From: an uncultured Fluviicola sp.
GTDB lineage: Bacteria > Bacteroidota > Bacteroidia > Flavobacteriales_D > Crocinitomicaceae
Assembly (NCBI GenBank): GCA_964580465.1
Contig: CAZOKJ010000001.1
Span: 118,149-182,148, forward strand
Reading direction: 5' to 3'
DNA: 64,000 nt
The notes beneath the pieces were generated by a model that was not told the DNA's origin, did no database searches, and saw nothing but the letters and a program-made list of their open reading frames with translations. This document shows, one piece after another, positions 27,504 through 37,054 of this stretch. A program made the translations under genes and the position numbers. Within the stretch, counting starts at the first letter, position 1. Each line of letters opens with the position of its first letter.

Positions 27504-28685
27504 ATGAAACAAGAGGCGTATATTGTAACAGGATATAGATCTGCAGTAGGAAAAGCAGGTCGTGGTGGATTGCGTTTTTACCGTCCAGATGATTTGGCAG
27601 CTGATGTGATTATGCATTTAATTGCTTCAGTTCCTCAGTTGGATGTGAATAGAATTGACGATGTGATTGTTGGTAACGCTACGCCAGAAGCAGAGCAAGG
27701 GTTAAACGTTGGTCGTTTAATTTCCTTAATGGGGTTAGGAACTGACAAAGTGCCTGGGATGACAGTGAACCGTTATTGTTCTTCTGGTTTGGAAACAATT
27801 GCTATTGCTAAAGCAAAAATTGAAAATGGAATGGCAGACTGTATTATTGCTGGAGGGGTTGAATCGATGTCAACGATGGCAATGGGAGGATGGAGAATTG
27901 TTCCAAATCCTAAGGTGAGTAAAGCCAATCCAACTTGGTATTGGGGAATGGGACTAACTGCAGAAGCTGTCGCTAAGGATTATAATGTTAGTAGAGAAGA
28001 CCAGGATAGATTTGCATTGCATTCTCATGAAAAAGCGATTGCAGCAATTCAGGCAGGTAAGTTTAAGGAAGATATCGTACCAATTAATGTAGAACATATT
28101 TTCTTAGATGAAAATGAAAAAAGACAGGTGAAAAACTATGTTTTTGACACGGATGAAGGTCCAAGAGCAAGTACGATTGAAGCGTTGGGTAAATTGAAAC
28201 CGGTGTTTGCTGCAGATGGTAGTGTTACTGCAGGAAACTCTTCTCAAACTTCTGATGGAGCTGCTTTTGTATTAGTGATGTCAGAAAGAATGGTGAAAGA
28301 GCTGAATTTAGAACCTGTTGCAAGATTGGTTTCCTATGGAGTAGTAGGTGTAGAGCCTAGAATCATGGGTATTGGACCTGTGGATGCTATTCCAAAAGCG
28401 GTTTCACAAGCAGGCTTGACTTTAAATGATATTGATTTAGTAGAATTAAATGAGGCGTTCGCATCACAATCTTTAGCTGTTATTCGCGAAACAGGGCTAA
28501 ATCCTGATATTGTGAACGTAAACGGTGGAGCAATTGCTTTAGGACACCCTCTAGGTTGTACTGGAGCTAAATTGACTGTTCAAATCATCAATGAGTTGAG
28601 ACGTCGCAATCAAAAATACGGGGTAGTTACTATGTGTGTTGGTACAGGACAAGGAGCTGCTGGTGTTATAGAATTGTTGAAATAA
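27504..28685 (+). CDS. Acetyl-CoA C-acyltransferase (thiolase)
   Basis: 393 aa. Active-site Cys context VNRYCSSGLE. C-terminal NGGAIALGHPLGCTGA. Confidence 0.92.
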   Translation: MKQEAYIVTGYRSAVGKAGRGGLRFYRPDDLAADVIMHLIASVPQLDVNRIDDVIVGNATPEAEQGLNVGRLISLMGLGTDKVPGMTVNRYCSSGLETIAIAKAKIENGMADCIIAGGVESMSTMAMGGWRIVPNPKVSKANPTWYWGMGLTAEAVAKDYNVSREDQDRFALHSHEKAIAAIQAGKFKEDIVPINVEHIFLDENEKRQVKNYVFDTDEGPRASTIEALGKLKPVFAADGSVTAGNSSQTSDGAAFVLVMSERMVKELNLEPVARLVSYGVVGVEPRIMGIGPVDAIPKAVSQAGLTLNDIDLVELNEAFASQSLAVIRETGLNPDIVNVNGGAIALGHPLGCTGAKLTVQIINELRRRNQKYGVVTMCVGTGQGAAGVIELLK

Positions 28686-28705
28686 ATAACATTAAATAAC
28701 CATAT

Positions 28706-28729
28706 AAAGGCGAACTTCGGTTCGCCTTT
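28706..28729. terminator. Bidirectional terminator hairpin
   Basis: aaaggcgaac / gttcgccttt forms a 10-bp stem with a TTCG loop. Confidence 0.8.
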
Positions 28730-28741
28730 CTTATTTTATTA

Positions 28742-29524
28742 CTATTTGCAAGGCTCTTCAAGTAAAACCTTGTATTTTGTTTTCACAACATCTCTTCTAT
28801 AAGCATTAAAGTGCCACCATTCCGAAGGAATATTGATAAAACCTTGGTTTTGCATCACTTTTCTGAGCAATTTCCTATTGTTCACTTGCTCAATGGTTAA
28901 TTCACCACTTGCTAAAAATTGACTTTCTAAACCTGGATAAGCAATTTTTCGAATATCATCTACTTCAGCTCCCATATCCAAGGGAGTTCCTGTTTCATCG
29001 ATTATTGTTAAATCAACAGCAGCACCGTAGTTGTGCACACTGTGATTTTTAGGATTGGATACAAATTTTCCACGTTCACTTGGTGGAATACTGTCTAAAG
29101 CGTCCCACATGCGTTGTTGTACATCAATAGGTCTAACACCATCGTGGATTAATAAACTGTAACTTGGATGGATGGTTTTTAAATAATTTTGACAGTTAGA
29201 AATACGTTCGGCCACTTCTTTTTGAAGGTATAGTTTTGTGAGGGTTTGGTACAATTTTTGCTTCATGAAATTATCATTTGTAGCGTATTTTAATTCCACG
29301 TGAATACTCGAGTTTACTTTTTGAATATCAATAAAACCGAGAGATTCCATAGTAGAATCGACGCAATTTGACGAAGTGTTTTTAACTTGATTAGAATGAA
29401 TGGAATCATCGACAGAACCATCATTTTCTTCAATGGTTACTTCAATTTCTTTAATTGTATTGGGGTGGTTACATGAAAAGAGAGCAAAAATAAATCCAAT
29501 AATGAGTAGAAATCGCATATTCAT
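28742..29524 (-). CDS. D-alanyl-D-alanine dipeptidase (peptidase M15, VanX-like), lipoprotein
   Basis: The start is chosen at MNMRFLLIIGFIFALFSC. Zn-site motifs SVHNYGAAVDLT and EWWHF. Confidence 0.8.
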   Translation of the reverse strand: MNMRFLLIIGFIFALFSCNHPNTIKEIEVTIEENDGSVDDSIHSNQVKNTSSNCVDSTMESLGFIDIQKVNSSIHVELKYATNDNFMKQKLYQTLTKLYLQKEVAERISNCQNYLKTIHPSYSLLIHDGVRPIDVQQRMWDALDSIPPSERGKFVSNPKNHSVHNYGAAVDLTIIDETGTPLDMGAEVDDIRKIAYPGLESQFLASGELTIEQVNNRKLLRKVMQNQGFINIPSEWWHFNAYRRDVVKTKYKVLLEEPCK

Positions 29525-29575
29525 TTTGTTAAAAAACGAAAGATATAAACAATTCTGAATAAATACCAAAAAGCA

Positions 29576-29607
29576 TTTGAAAAAAAACGAAAAATAGCCT
29601 ATCTTTG
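29576..29607 (+). promoter_or_regulatory. Bacteroidota-type promoter of the aminotransferase gene
   Basis: TTTG (29576..29579), a 20-nt spacer, then TATCTTTG (29600..29607). It lies 22 nt upstream of the ATG. Confidence 0.6.
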
Positions 29608-29628
29608 CCTTTCGTTAATTGAGAAAAT

Positions 29629-30861
29629 ATGCCAACATTGTCACAAAAGGCACTTGATATGCCTGCATCTCCAATTAGAAAACTTGTTCCTTATGCAGAA
29701 CAAGCGTATAAAAAAGGATTAAAAGTTTACCATTTGAATATCGGTCAACCTGATATTGCAACGCCGGATACAGCGATTCAAGCGATGAAAAACGCTGACA
29801 TAAAAGTATTGGAATATAGTCATTCAGCTGGTTTAGCAAGTTATAGAGAAAAGTTAGCAAGCTACTACCAAAAAAATGGAATTAATGTTCATTCAGAAGA
29901 CATCATTGTTACGAATGGTGGATCAGAAGCGTTAATTTTTGGTTTTATGACTACGTGTGACTTAGGGGATGAGATTATTATTCCAGAACCATTCTACGCC
30001 AACTACAACGGGTTTGCAGTGATGGCAGGGATGAAGGTTGTACCGGTGATGTCATCTATTGAAAACGGGTTCGCATTGCCACCGGTTGAAGAGATTGAGA
30101 AAAAAATCACGTCAAAAACAAAGGCGATAGTTATTTGTAACCCAGGCAATCCAACAGGTTATTTGTACAGTAAAGAAGAATTGGATCAATTAGCTGCCAT
30201 TGTAAAGAAACATGATATTTTCTTGTTTTCAGATGAGGTTTATCGCGAGTTTTGTTACGACGGAGCTGTTCCTTATTCGGCTATGAATTTAGGAATTGAT
30301 AACAATGTCATTATGATTGACTCCGTTTCTAAGCGTTATTCCATGTGTGGAGCAAGAATTGGAGCATTTATTTCAAAGAATAAAGAAGTGATGGCAGGAG
30401 CAATGAAATTTGCACAAGCGCGATTGTCACCTCCTACGATCGAACAAATTGGAGCAGAAGCGGCTTTAGATACACCTCAATCATATTTTGATGAAGTAAT
30501 CACTGAGTATGTTGAGCGAAGAAACGTTTTACACAAAGGATTGAATAGTATTCCAGGTGTATTTTGTCCAAAACCTAGAGGGGCGTTTTATTGTGTAGCT
30601 AAATTTCCAGTTGATGACGCTGAAAAATTCTGTCAATGGTTACTAGAAGAGTTTGAATACAAAGGGCAAACAGTAATGATGGCACCAGCAAGTGGTTTTT
30701 ATTCTACGCCAGGAGCAGGAAAAAATGAGGCACGTTTAGCTTATGTATTGAACAAAGAGTCATTAGAAAATGCTATCGAGTGTTTGCGTGTAGCATTGGA
30801 TCAATATCCAGGTAAAACGATGGTAGAAGAACAAAAGAATTTAAGTTCTGTAGAACAATAA
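29629..30861 (+). CDS. Pyridoxal-phosphate-dependent aminotransferase, class I (aspartate aminotransferase-like)
   Basis: 410 aa. PLP-Lys motif SVSKRYSMCGARIG. NPGNPTG motif. Confidence 0.88.
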   Translation: MPTLSQKALDMPASPIRKLVPYAEQAYKKGLKVYHLNIGQPDIATPDTAIQAMKNADIKVLEYSHSAGLASYREKLASYYQKNGINVHSEDIIVTNGGSEALIFGFMTTCDLGDEIIIPEPFYANYNGFAVMAGMKVVPVMSSIENGFALPPVEEIEKKITSKTKAIVICNPGNPTGYLYSKEELDQLAAIVKKHDIFLFSDEVYREFCYDGAVPYSAMNLGIDNNVIMIDSVSKRYSMCGARIGAFISKNKEVMAGAMKFAQARLSPPTIEQIGAEAALDTPQSYFDEVITEYVERRNVLHKGLNSIPGVFCPKPRGAFYCVAKFPVDDAEKFCQWLLEEFEYKGQTVMMAPASGFYSTPGAGKNEARLAYVLNKESLENAIECLRVALDQYPGKTMVEEQKNLSSVEQ

Positions 30862-30996
30862 ATAATGAGTAATAACAAGGGGAAGAAGTATAATTAACAA
30901 AAAAGTTTTAAAAAAAAAGTAATTAAATTTGGAATTGAATTGAATTATTACTTACTTTGCACCCCATTTTAGAATTTAGGATTAATACAATTAGAA

Positions 30997-31233
30997 ATGT
31001 CAAGAGTTTGTCAACTTACAGGAAAGACGGTAATGACTGGGAATAAAGTTTCTCACTCAAACCGCAAAACAAAAAGAAGATTTTTACCTAACTTGGTAAC
31101 AAAGAAATTTTATCTTCCAGAAGAAGATCGTACAGTTACATTACGTATCTCAACTTCTGCGTTAAGAACAGTTACTAAAAAAGGAATTACAGCGTGTGTA
31201 AAAGAAGCTCGCGAAAAAGGATATTTAAAATAG
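30997..31233 (+). CDS. rpmB: 50S ribosomal protein L28
   Basis: 78 aa. [10 protein letters not shown]...[12 protein letters not shown]. Confidence 0.95.
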   Translation: MSRVCQLTGKTVMTGNKVSHSNRKTKRRFLPNLVTKKFYLPEEDRTVTLRISTSALRTVTKKGITACVKEAREKGYLK

Positions 31234-31285
31234 TTAATCCGCTAACCTGAATGATGCTTAAAGGGTAAGCGAAAACAAAACGAAA

Positions 31286-31474
31286 ATGGCAAAGAAAGCA
31301 AAAGGAAATAGAATTCAAGTGATTCTTGAGTGTACAGAGCATAAAGAATCAGGAATGCCGGGTACTTCTCGTTATATTACAACAAAAAACAGAAAGAACA
31401 CACCGGATAGAATTGAGATTAAAAAATATAATCCAATTTTGAGACGTTACACGATTCATAAAGAGATTAAATAA
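31286..31474 (+). CDS. rpmG: 50S ribosomal protein L33
   Basis: 62 aa. [12 protein letters not shown]...[21 protein letters not shown]. Confidence 0.95.
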   Translation: MAKKAKGNRIQVILECTEHKESGMPGTSRYITTKNRKNTPDRIEIKKYNPILRRYTIHKEIK

Positions 31475-31483
31475 TATTAAGCT

Positions 31484-31636
31484 ATGGCAAAGAAAGTAGT
31501 AGCAACCCTTCAAAAAGGTGGAGGTAAGCAACACACAAAAGTAGTGAAAATGGTAAAGTCTGAAAAAGGTACTTACCAATTCATAGAAGAAGTTGTATTG
31601 AACGATAAAGTTAAAGAGTGGTTCGAAAAGAACTAA
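31484..31636 (+). CDS. DUF4295-family small protein
   Basis: Not in the ORF track (50 aa). MAKKVVATLQKGGGKQHTKVVKMVKSEKGTYQFIEEVVLNDKVKEWFEKN sits in the position after rpmB-rpmG that is conserved in Bacteroidota. Confidence 0.8.
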   Translation: MAKKVVATLQKGGGKQHTKVVKMVKSEKGTYQFIEEVVLNDKVKEWFEKN

Positions 31637-31663
31637 TCTTGACTTGACAGATTCTAAAACATT

Positions 31664-31705
31664 AGCTTCCTTTCAACTTGTTGAAGGAAGCTTTTCTTAT
31701 TTTTA
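31664..31705 (+). terminator. Hairpin plus T-rich tract after the rpmB-rpmG-DUF4295 unit
   Basis: agcttcctttcaa / ttgaaggaagct forms a 12-bp stem with a 1-nt bulge, followed by tttcttattttt. It ends 6 nt before the ftsY ATG. Confidence 0.6.
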
Positions 31706-31710
31706 ATAAT

Positions 31711-32667
31711 ATGGCATTTTTTGGCTTATTCTCAAAAGAAAAAAAAGAAACCTTAAATAAAGGCTTGGAGAAAACTAAACAAAGTTTTCTTTCTAAAATT
31801 GCTCGCTCAATCGTTGGTAAATCCAAAGTTGATGATGAGGTTTTGGATAACTTAGAAGAAATTCTAATCACTTCTGATGTAGGAGTTGAAACTACTCTGA
31901 AAATCATTGAACGCATTGAAGAACGTGTTGCTCGCGATAAAGTGTTAGGTGCAGACGAGTTAAACCGTATCTTAAAAGAAGAAATTGCAGCGCTTTTAGA
32001 AGAAAATAAAAGTGGTGATGAAACTAATTTTGAGGTTGAAAAACATGGAGATAACCCACATGTTATCATGGTTGTTGGTGTAAACGGCGTTGGTAAAACT
32101 ACAACAATTGGTAAGTTAGCTCATCAATTCAAACAAGCTGGTAAAAAAGTGGTACTTGGTGCTTCTGACACCTTTAGAGCAGCAGCTGTTGACCAGTTAA
32201 TTATTTGGTCGGAACGTGTTGGTGTACCAATTGTTCAACAAGGAATGGGGGCAGATCCTGCTTCTGTGGCTTTCGATACGCTCCAGTCCGCTAAGGCTCA
32301 AAATGCGGATGTAGTAATCATTGACACGGCAGGACGATTGCACAATAAAGTAAACTTGATGAATGAGCTTTCTAAAATTAAACGCGTAATGGACAAAGTC
32401 GTTCCTGGAGCTCCTCATGAAGTACTGTTGGTATTAGACGGCTCAACGGGACAAAATGCTTACGAACAAGCTAAACAGTTTTCAATCGCAACGGACATTA
32501 CAGCTTTAGCAATAACAAAATTAGACGGAACTGCCAAGGGTGGTGTAGTCATTGGTATTTCAGATCAAATGAAAATTCCAGTTAAATACATTGGCGTAGG
32601 TGAAGGAATGTATGACCTTCAGGTTTTTAATAAAGCAGAGTTTGTAGATTCATTATTCTCAGAATAA
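31711..32667 (+). CDS. ftsY: Signal recognition particle receptor FtsY
   Basis: The start is moved to MAFFGLFSKEKKETLNKGLEKT. GTPase motifs GVNGVGKTTT, DTAGR and TKLDGTAKGG. Confidence 0.93.
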   Translation: MAFFGLFSKEKKETLNKGLEKTKQSFLSKIARSIVGKSKVDDEVLDNLEEILITSDVGVETTLKIIERIEERVARDKVLGADELNRILKEEIAALLEENKSGDETNFEVEKHGDNPHVIMVVGVNGVGKTTTIGKLAHQFKQAGKKVVLGASDTFRAAAVDQLIIWSERVGVPIVQQGMGADPASVAFDTLQSAKAQNADVVIIDTAGRLHNKVNLMNELSKIKRVMDKVVPGAPHEVLLVLDGSTGQNAYEQAKQFSIATDITALAITKLDGTAKGGVVIGISDQMKIPVKYIGVGEGMYDLQVFNKAEFVDSLFSE

Positions 32668-32694
32668 AAAAAAGGAGCATAGCTCCTTTTTTTT
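32666..32694. terminator. Bidirectional terminator
   Basis: aaaaaaaaggagc / gctcctttttttt forms a 13-bp stem with a 3-nt loop. Confidence 0.8.
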
Positions 32695-32701
32695 ATGTTT
32701 G

Positions 32702-33292
32702 TTATTTTAATTTCTTGACAATTTCATCATAAGCAACTACACCAAAATTATTATTGTTCCACACTTGCATAGGCTCGTTTCCGTTTAATAACACAAATGA
32801 TGGAAATCTTCCTTGTGCAATTGTGTTGGCCATTGCATACGGGTTTTTAGCTAAACCTAAAGGAAATTCACCTTGAATGGCTTGTGCGTAAAAGTCCAAT
32901 GTGGTTGAATCTTCTGATGTTACAATGTATTCGATTTGAACTGAAGGATGATCTTTTTTAAATGCCTTTAATACATAAATTGAATGTTCGCAGTAACGAC
33001 ATCCAGGCATTGCTACTACAACTAATTTTTTTCCAGACAATTCTGAAGTCTCGTCAGTGTGTTGTAAAATTCTCGCTTCGTTGGTAAAATCTCCTTGATA
33101 AATTGGATGAAGAGCAAAATAAATAGAAAATGGAGCTGCAAAGACAAGAATCGCTGCTAATTTAATCCATTTATTAGTGGATTTTTTCCAAATAATAAAA
33201 GCGATTATAAGTCCCAACAAAATAAAAAGAAGGTAAGGTGTGGCTTTGCTCATTGTGTAGGAGAAACCCATGTTAAAGAAAAATGATTCCAT
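32702..33292 (-). CDS. Membrane-anchored thioredoxin-fold protein
   Basis: 196 aa. Two N-terminal TM helices, then a CxxC motif (MPGCRYCEHS) in a thioredoxin-like domain. The start codon is uncertain because there are several in-frame Met. Confidence 0.6.
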   Translation of the reverse strand: MESFFFNMGFSYTMSKATPYLLFILLGLIIAFIIWKKSTNKWIKLAAILVFAAPFSIYFALHPIYQGDFTNEARILQHTDETSELSGKKLVVVAMPGCRYCEHSIYVLKAFKKDHPSVQIEYIVTSEDSTTLDFYAQAIQGEFPLGLAKNPYAMANTIAQGRFPSFVLLNGNEPMQVWNNNNFGVVAYDEIVKKLK

Positions 33293-33300
33293 AGTTTTTA

Positions 33301-34533
33301 TTATTTAGATTTTAAATCAGGATAGCAAAAGTAAAATTTTTCAACTGGTTTACTTAAAGCTGAGATATTCAAATTGTCTGATGCTTGTGACAAATCAACA
33401 ATGTCGCCATTTTTCATCAATACATTTATGTTTTGTTTTTCTTGGTTGTAAGCATTGTTGACCAACTTGGATGAATGGACTAAATAGTCAGCTTCTTCCA
33501 AAGTAATTCCAAGATGTTGAGCTACTTCTTGTTTTTTAGTGTTTATTTCTTCTAAACTAAATGCTTCTTTACTAATTTTTATTTTGAATAATTTTCTATT
33601 CAATAAGCGTCTTGATAAATTAGAAAGAATAGTGTCTTCGTGGTTAGCCCACACCTTTATGGCCCCCATGATATCGTAATCATCTAAGGCAGCAAACAAA
33701 TCCAAAACTTTAGGGTCATTTACAAAGTCTTCACGCGTCACTGTGTTTTTTAAGAAGTAAGATAGAGCCGGTGAAGCAAACAAATGATGACCTTTTACAG
33801 AAAGATGTTTTGCTCTTTTTAATGTGCTAATTAATAAATTTTCGCTAGAAACCACTGTTTTATGCAAATACACCTGCCAATACATTAATCTTCTTGCTGA
33901 AATAAACTTTTCGACTGAATAAATTCCTTTTTCTTCCAAGACAAGTGCGCCGTTATGCACGTTAAGCATTTCAATGATGCGATCGCTCCCAATGATTCCT
34001 TCACTTACACCAGTATAAAAACTGTCTCTGTTTAAATAGTCCATTCGATCCATATCTAATTGACTGGAAACGAGTTGGTATAAAAATGGTTTGTGATAAG
34101 TGTTAGTAAAAATCTTACGTGTAATACGAAGTTTGTCGCCAAATTCTTTTTCCAATCGTTGCATGAAAAATTCAGATATATCTTCATGACTAACGCCACA
34201 AACAATATCATGCTCCAATGCGTGACTAAAAGGGCCATGACCAATGTCATGTAGTAAAATTGCTGCAAGAACGCCTTGTTCTTCTTCTTCGGTTATTTCA
34301 TGCCCTTTTCTGCGAATAACTTGTATCGCAGTGTTCATCAAATGCATTGCCCCAAGTACATGATGAAAACGAGTGTGCAATGCTCCAGGATATACCAAAT
34401 GAGACATGCCTAACTGCCTTATTCTACGAAGACGTTGCATGTCTGGGTGTTCAATTAAATCGAAAATAAATTCATTAGGTATGGCGATGAAACCATAAAC
34501 GGGGTCATTAAAGATTTTCTTTTTATTGTTCAC
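33301..34533 (-). CDS. HD-domain phosphohydrolase, SAMHD1/EF1143-like (putative dNTP triphosphohydrolase)
   Basis: 410 aa. KIFNDPVYGFIAI...MQRLRRIRQLG...YPGALHTRFHHVLG...LLHDIGHGPFSH aligns by eye with the SAMHD1 HD core. Confidence 0.8.
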   Translation of the reverse strand: MNNKKKIFNDPVYGFIAIPNEFIFDLIEHPDMQRLRRIRQLGMSHLVYPGALHTRFHHVLGAMHLMNTAIQVIRRKGHEITEEEEQGVLAAILLHDIGHGPFSHALEHDIVCGVSHEDISEFFMQRLEKEFGDKLRITRKIFTNTYHKPFLYQLVSSQLDMDRMDYLNRDSFYTGVSEGIIGSDRIIEMLNVHNGALVLEEKGIYSVEKFISARRLMYWQVYLHKTVVSSENLLISTLKRAKHLSVKGHHLFASPALSYFLKNTVTREDFVNDPKVLDLFAALDDYDIMGAIKVWANHEDTILSNLSRRLLNRKLFKIKISKEAFSLEEINTKKQEVAQHLGITLEEADYLVHSSKLVNNAYNQEKQNINVLMKNGDIVDLSQASDNLNISALSKPVEKFYFCYPDLKSK

Positions 34534-34596
34534 TAGTTATTGGTTAAAAAAACAAAAATACTGATTTTAGTTACTCAATGAATTTTTCGAAATAAA

Positions 34597-34621
34597 AAAA
34601 GCTGTCAAGGAGACAGCTTTT
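34597..34621 (-). terminator. Intrinsic terminator after the DUF2147 gene
   Basis: aaaagctgtc / gacagctttt forms a 10-bp stem with a 5-nt loop. A T-run follows on the minus strand. Confidence 0.8.
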
Positions 34622-34627
34622 AACTAT

Positions 34628-35059
34628 TTATTTTACACGCTCCCATGTTTGCGTTCTGTAAAAAGGTCCAACGTATCCTCTAACATTTAATTTGTCAGGG
34701 GTGTTTTTGTCCACCCAAATTTTTACATTGTAAACCTTTCCATTTTCAGGGTCAACAATTGTTCCATTTTTCCATGTGCTACCGTCCCATTCTAATCCTC
34801 TAACGATTTGTAAGCCTACTAGCGGTTGATCTTTTCTGTCATCAGTACATAATTTGCATTTTGGATTGTCTTCACGACCTTCACGAGGGTACAAGTATTG
34901 AATTTTACCGTATAATTTACCGTCTTCCTTGTATAATTCAACAGTTGATTTCTTTTTTCCGGTTTTGTCATCAATGGTTGTCCATTTACCATTTGCATGT
35001 TGAGCGTAAGTAGTTTCGCCAACAATTAATAAAAGAGCTAATAAAAATACATTTTTCAT
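34628..35059 (-). CDS. DUF2147-domain secreted protein
   Basis: 143 aa with a signal peptide. GKWTTIDDKTGKKKSTVELYKEDGKLYGKI...VRGY...QTWERV. Confidence 0.75.
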   Translation of the reverse strand: MKNVFLLALLLIVGETTYAQHANGKWTTIDDKTGKKKSTVELYKEDGKLYGKIQYLYPREGREDNPKCKLCTDDRKDQPLVGLQIVRGLEWDGSTWKNGTIVDPENGKVYNVKIWVDKNTPDKLNVRGYVGPFYRTQTWERVK

Positions 35060-35218
35060 AGTTTCAATTTTTTTGTTATCTTAAAAGTACTATTTATTTT
35101 AGAATGAACAGTAAAAACCGTGCCAAATTTTAAAGTTTTTAACTCTAATTTTTGCTAATAACTGAAAGTCAATTAGTTGTGTTTGAATTAAAAAAACACA
35201 AAAATGCTAAAAAATGAT

Positions 35219-35226
35219 TACATTTG
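35219..35226 (+). promoter_or_regulatory. -7 promoter box (TACATTTG) upstream of pgk
   Basis: Exact TAnnTTTG match 24 nt upstream of the ATG. There is no clear -33 TTTG. Confidence 0.45.
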
Positions 35227-35249
35227 CCAAAATTTAAAATAATAATACA

Positions 35250-36440
35250 ATGGCTGATATACATTCTTATGATTTTTCTGGTAAAAGAGCATTGATTCGT
35301 GTAGATTTTAATGTTCCATTAGACAAGCAAACATTTGAAGTAACTGACGATACACGTATTCGTGCTGCTGCTCCAACTATTAAACACATTTTAAATAACG
35401 GTGGATCTGTTGTTTTAATGTCGCATTTAGGACGACCTAATGGGGTGGAGGAGAAGTATTCTTTGAAACACATCGTAGCACAAGTGTCTAAAGTGTTGGG
35501 TGTACCAGTTAAATTCGTAACTGATTGTATTAACGAAGAAGCACAAAATGCAAGCAATACACTTCAACCAGGAGAAGTATTGTTATTAGAAAATGTACGT
35601 TTTTACAAGCAAGAAACAGCGGGTACTGAGAGTTTTGCTGAATCGCTGTCAAAACATGGAGATGTTTATGTAAACGATGCGTTTGGTACAGCCCACAGAG
35701 CACATGCTTCTACAACTATTGTGGCTAAATTTTTCCCAAATGATAAAATGTTTGGTTATTTAATTGAAGGAGAAATTAAAGCGGTCGATAAAGTTTTAAA
35801 TAGTTCGGAAAAACCATTGACAGCTATTGTAGGTGGAGCGAAAGTTTCTTCTAAAATTACAATTATTGAACGCTTGCTCGACAAAGTAGATAATCTAATT
35901 GTTGGTGGAGGTATGGCTTACACTTTTGTAAAAGCGCAAGGTGGCTCAGTAGGAAATTCATTAATAGAAGATGATTACATTGAAGTTGCTAAAACAATTA
36001 TGACAAAAGCAAAAGACAAAGGAGTGAATTTGTACATTCCTGTCGATACCATTATTGCGGATCAATTCTCAAATGATGCTAATAGAAAAGAGGTTGCTAT
36101 AACTGAAATTCCTTCTGGATGGATGGGCTTAGATACTGGAAGTCAAACGTCAAAAGACGTGGCAGAAATCATTACGAATTCAAAGTTGATTTTGTGGAAT
36201 GGTCCAATGGGTGTTTTTGAAATGGAAAACTTCCAACAAGGAACAGTAGATGTTGCTAATTCAATTGTAGAAGCTACTTCAAAAGGAGCGTTTTCTTTGA
36301 TTGGTGGAGGAGATTCAGTTGCTGCTATTAATAAATTTGGATTGGCTGACAAAGTTTCGTATGTTTCTACTGGTGGTGGAGCTATGTTAGAATACCTTGA
36401 AGGAATTACATTACCAGGTATTAAAGCAATTAATGAATAA
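35250..36440 (+). CDS. pgk: Phosphoglycerate kinase
   Basis: 396 aa. [14 protein letters not shown] and GGGDS motifs. Confidence 0.97.
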   Translation: MADIHSYDFSGKRALIRVDFNVPLDKQTFEVTDDTRIRAAAPTIKHILNNGGSVVLMSHLGRPNGVEEKYSLKHIVAQVSKVLGVPVKFVTDCINEEAQNASNTLQPGEVLLLENVRFYKQETAGTESFAESLSKHGDVYVNDAFGTAHRAHASTTIVAKFFPNDKMFGYLIEGEIKAVDKVLNSSEKPLTAIVGGAKVSSKITIIERLLDKVDNLIVGGGMAYTFVKAQGGSVGNSLIEDDYIEVAKTIMTKAKDKGVNLYIPVDTIIADQFSNDANRKEVAITEIPSGWMGLDTGSQTSKDVAEIITNSKLILWNGPMGVFEMENFQQGTVDVANSIVEATSKGAFSLIGGGDSVAAINKFGLADKVSYVSTGGGAMLEYLEGITLPGIKAINE

Positions 36441-36501
36441 GAAGTTGAGCAATACTTTTTAAGTTAATACGTTTTATTAATACATATATAAGAACAAATC
36501 A

Positions 36502-37038
36502 ATGAAATATAGTGTTTTAGGATTTTTTTTATTTTTAGCAACATTGTCTTTTGCGCAAGTTAAGAATTTAAAGCTGACAAATTGCGTTGTAATAGGTCAA
36601 TTTGATAAGCCAGAAGACCGTTTTACAATTGAAAGCACAACGGCAGGGGTTTTTAGTGCAAATGGTATAAAAACAACTCCTTCAGTTAACTATGTCAAAA
36701 CAGGTGGAAGTTCCAGTGTTTTAGCAGAAGATTCTTTGAAGTCGCTTTTAAAAGAAAATGGTTTTGATACGTATGTAATTGTTTCCGTACGAGGATATGA
36801 TCGTTCTTTTAAACCAAGTAAAACGAATTACACTTTTTTAGAAAAATTAGATCAAGGTACTTTGAGAGAGATTTATCGAAACGCAGCAGTATCTGTTTCT
36901 TTTGAATTTTCATTTTATAGAAACAATGAATTTTTAGGAGCTGATATTATTCGATGTACCAATATCTCCAATAGAGAGACTGTCTTAAAACGATATGTCA
37001 ATAAATTAGAAAAGAAAGTTCAAAAAAAATGGAGGTAA
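36502..37038 (+). CDS. Secreted hypothetical protein
   Basis: 178 aa with a signal peptide FLFLATLSFAQ. No recognised motif. Confidence 0.55.
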   Translation: MKYSVLGFFLFLATLSFAQVKNLKLTNCVVIGQFDKPEDRFTIESTTAGVFSANGIKTTPSVNYVKTGGSSSVLAEDSLKSLLKENGFDTYVIVSVRGYDRSFKPSKTNYTFLEKLDQGTLREIYRNAAVSVSFEFSFYRNNEFLGADIIRCTNISNRETVLKRYVNKLEKKVQKKWR

Positions 37039-37054
37039 CACCTCCATTTTTTTA
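37029..37054. terminator. Bidirectional terminator between convergent genes
   Basis: atggaggt / acctccat forms an 8-bp stem with a 3-nt loop, flanked by an A8 run and a T7 run. It overlaps both stop codons. Confidence 0.7.

Noticed and set aside
31638-31649. Tandem TTGACTTGACA resembling an E. coli -35 box upstream of ftsY
   Set aside because: The other promoters in this window follow the Bacteroidota TTTG/TAnnTTTG pattern. No matching -10 or -7 element follows at a suitable distance, and the terminator hairpin lies between it and ftsY.
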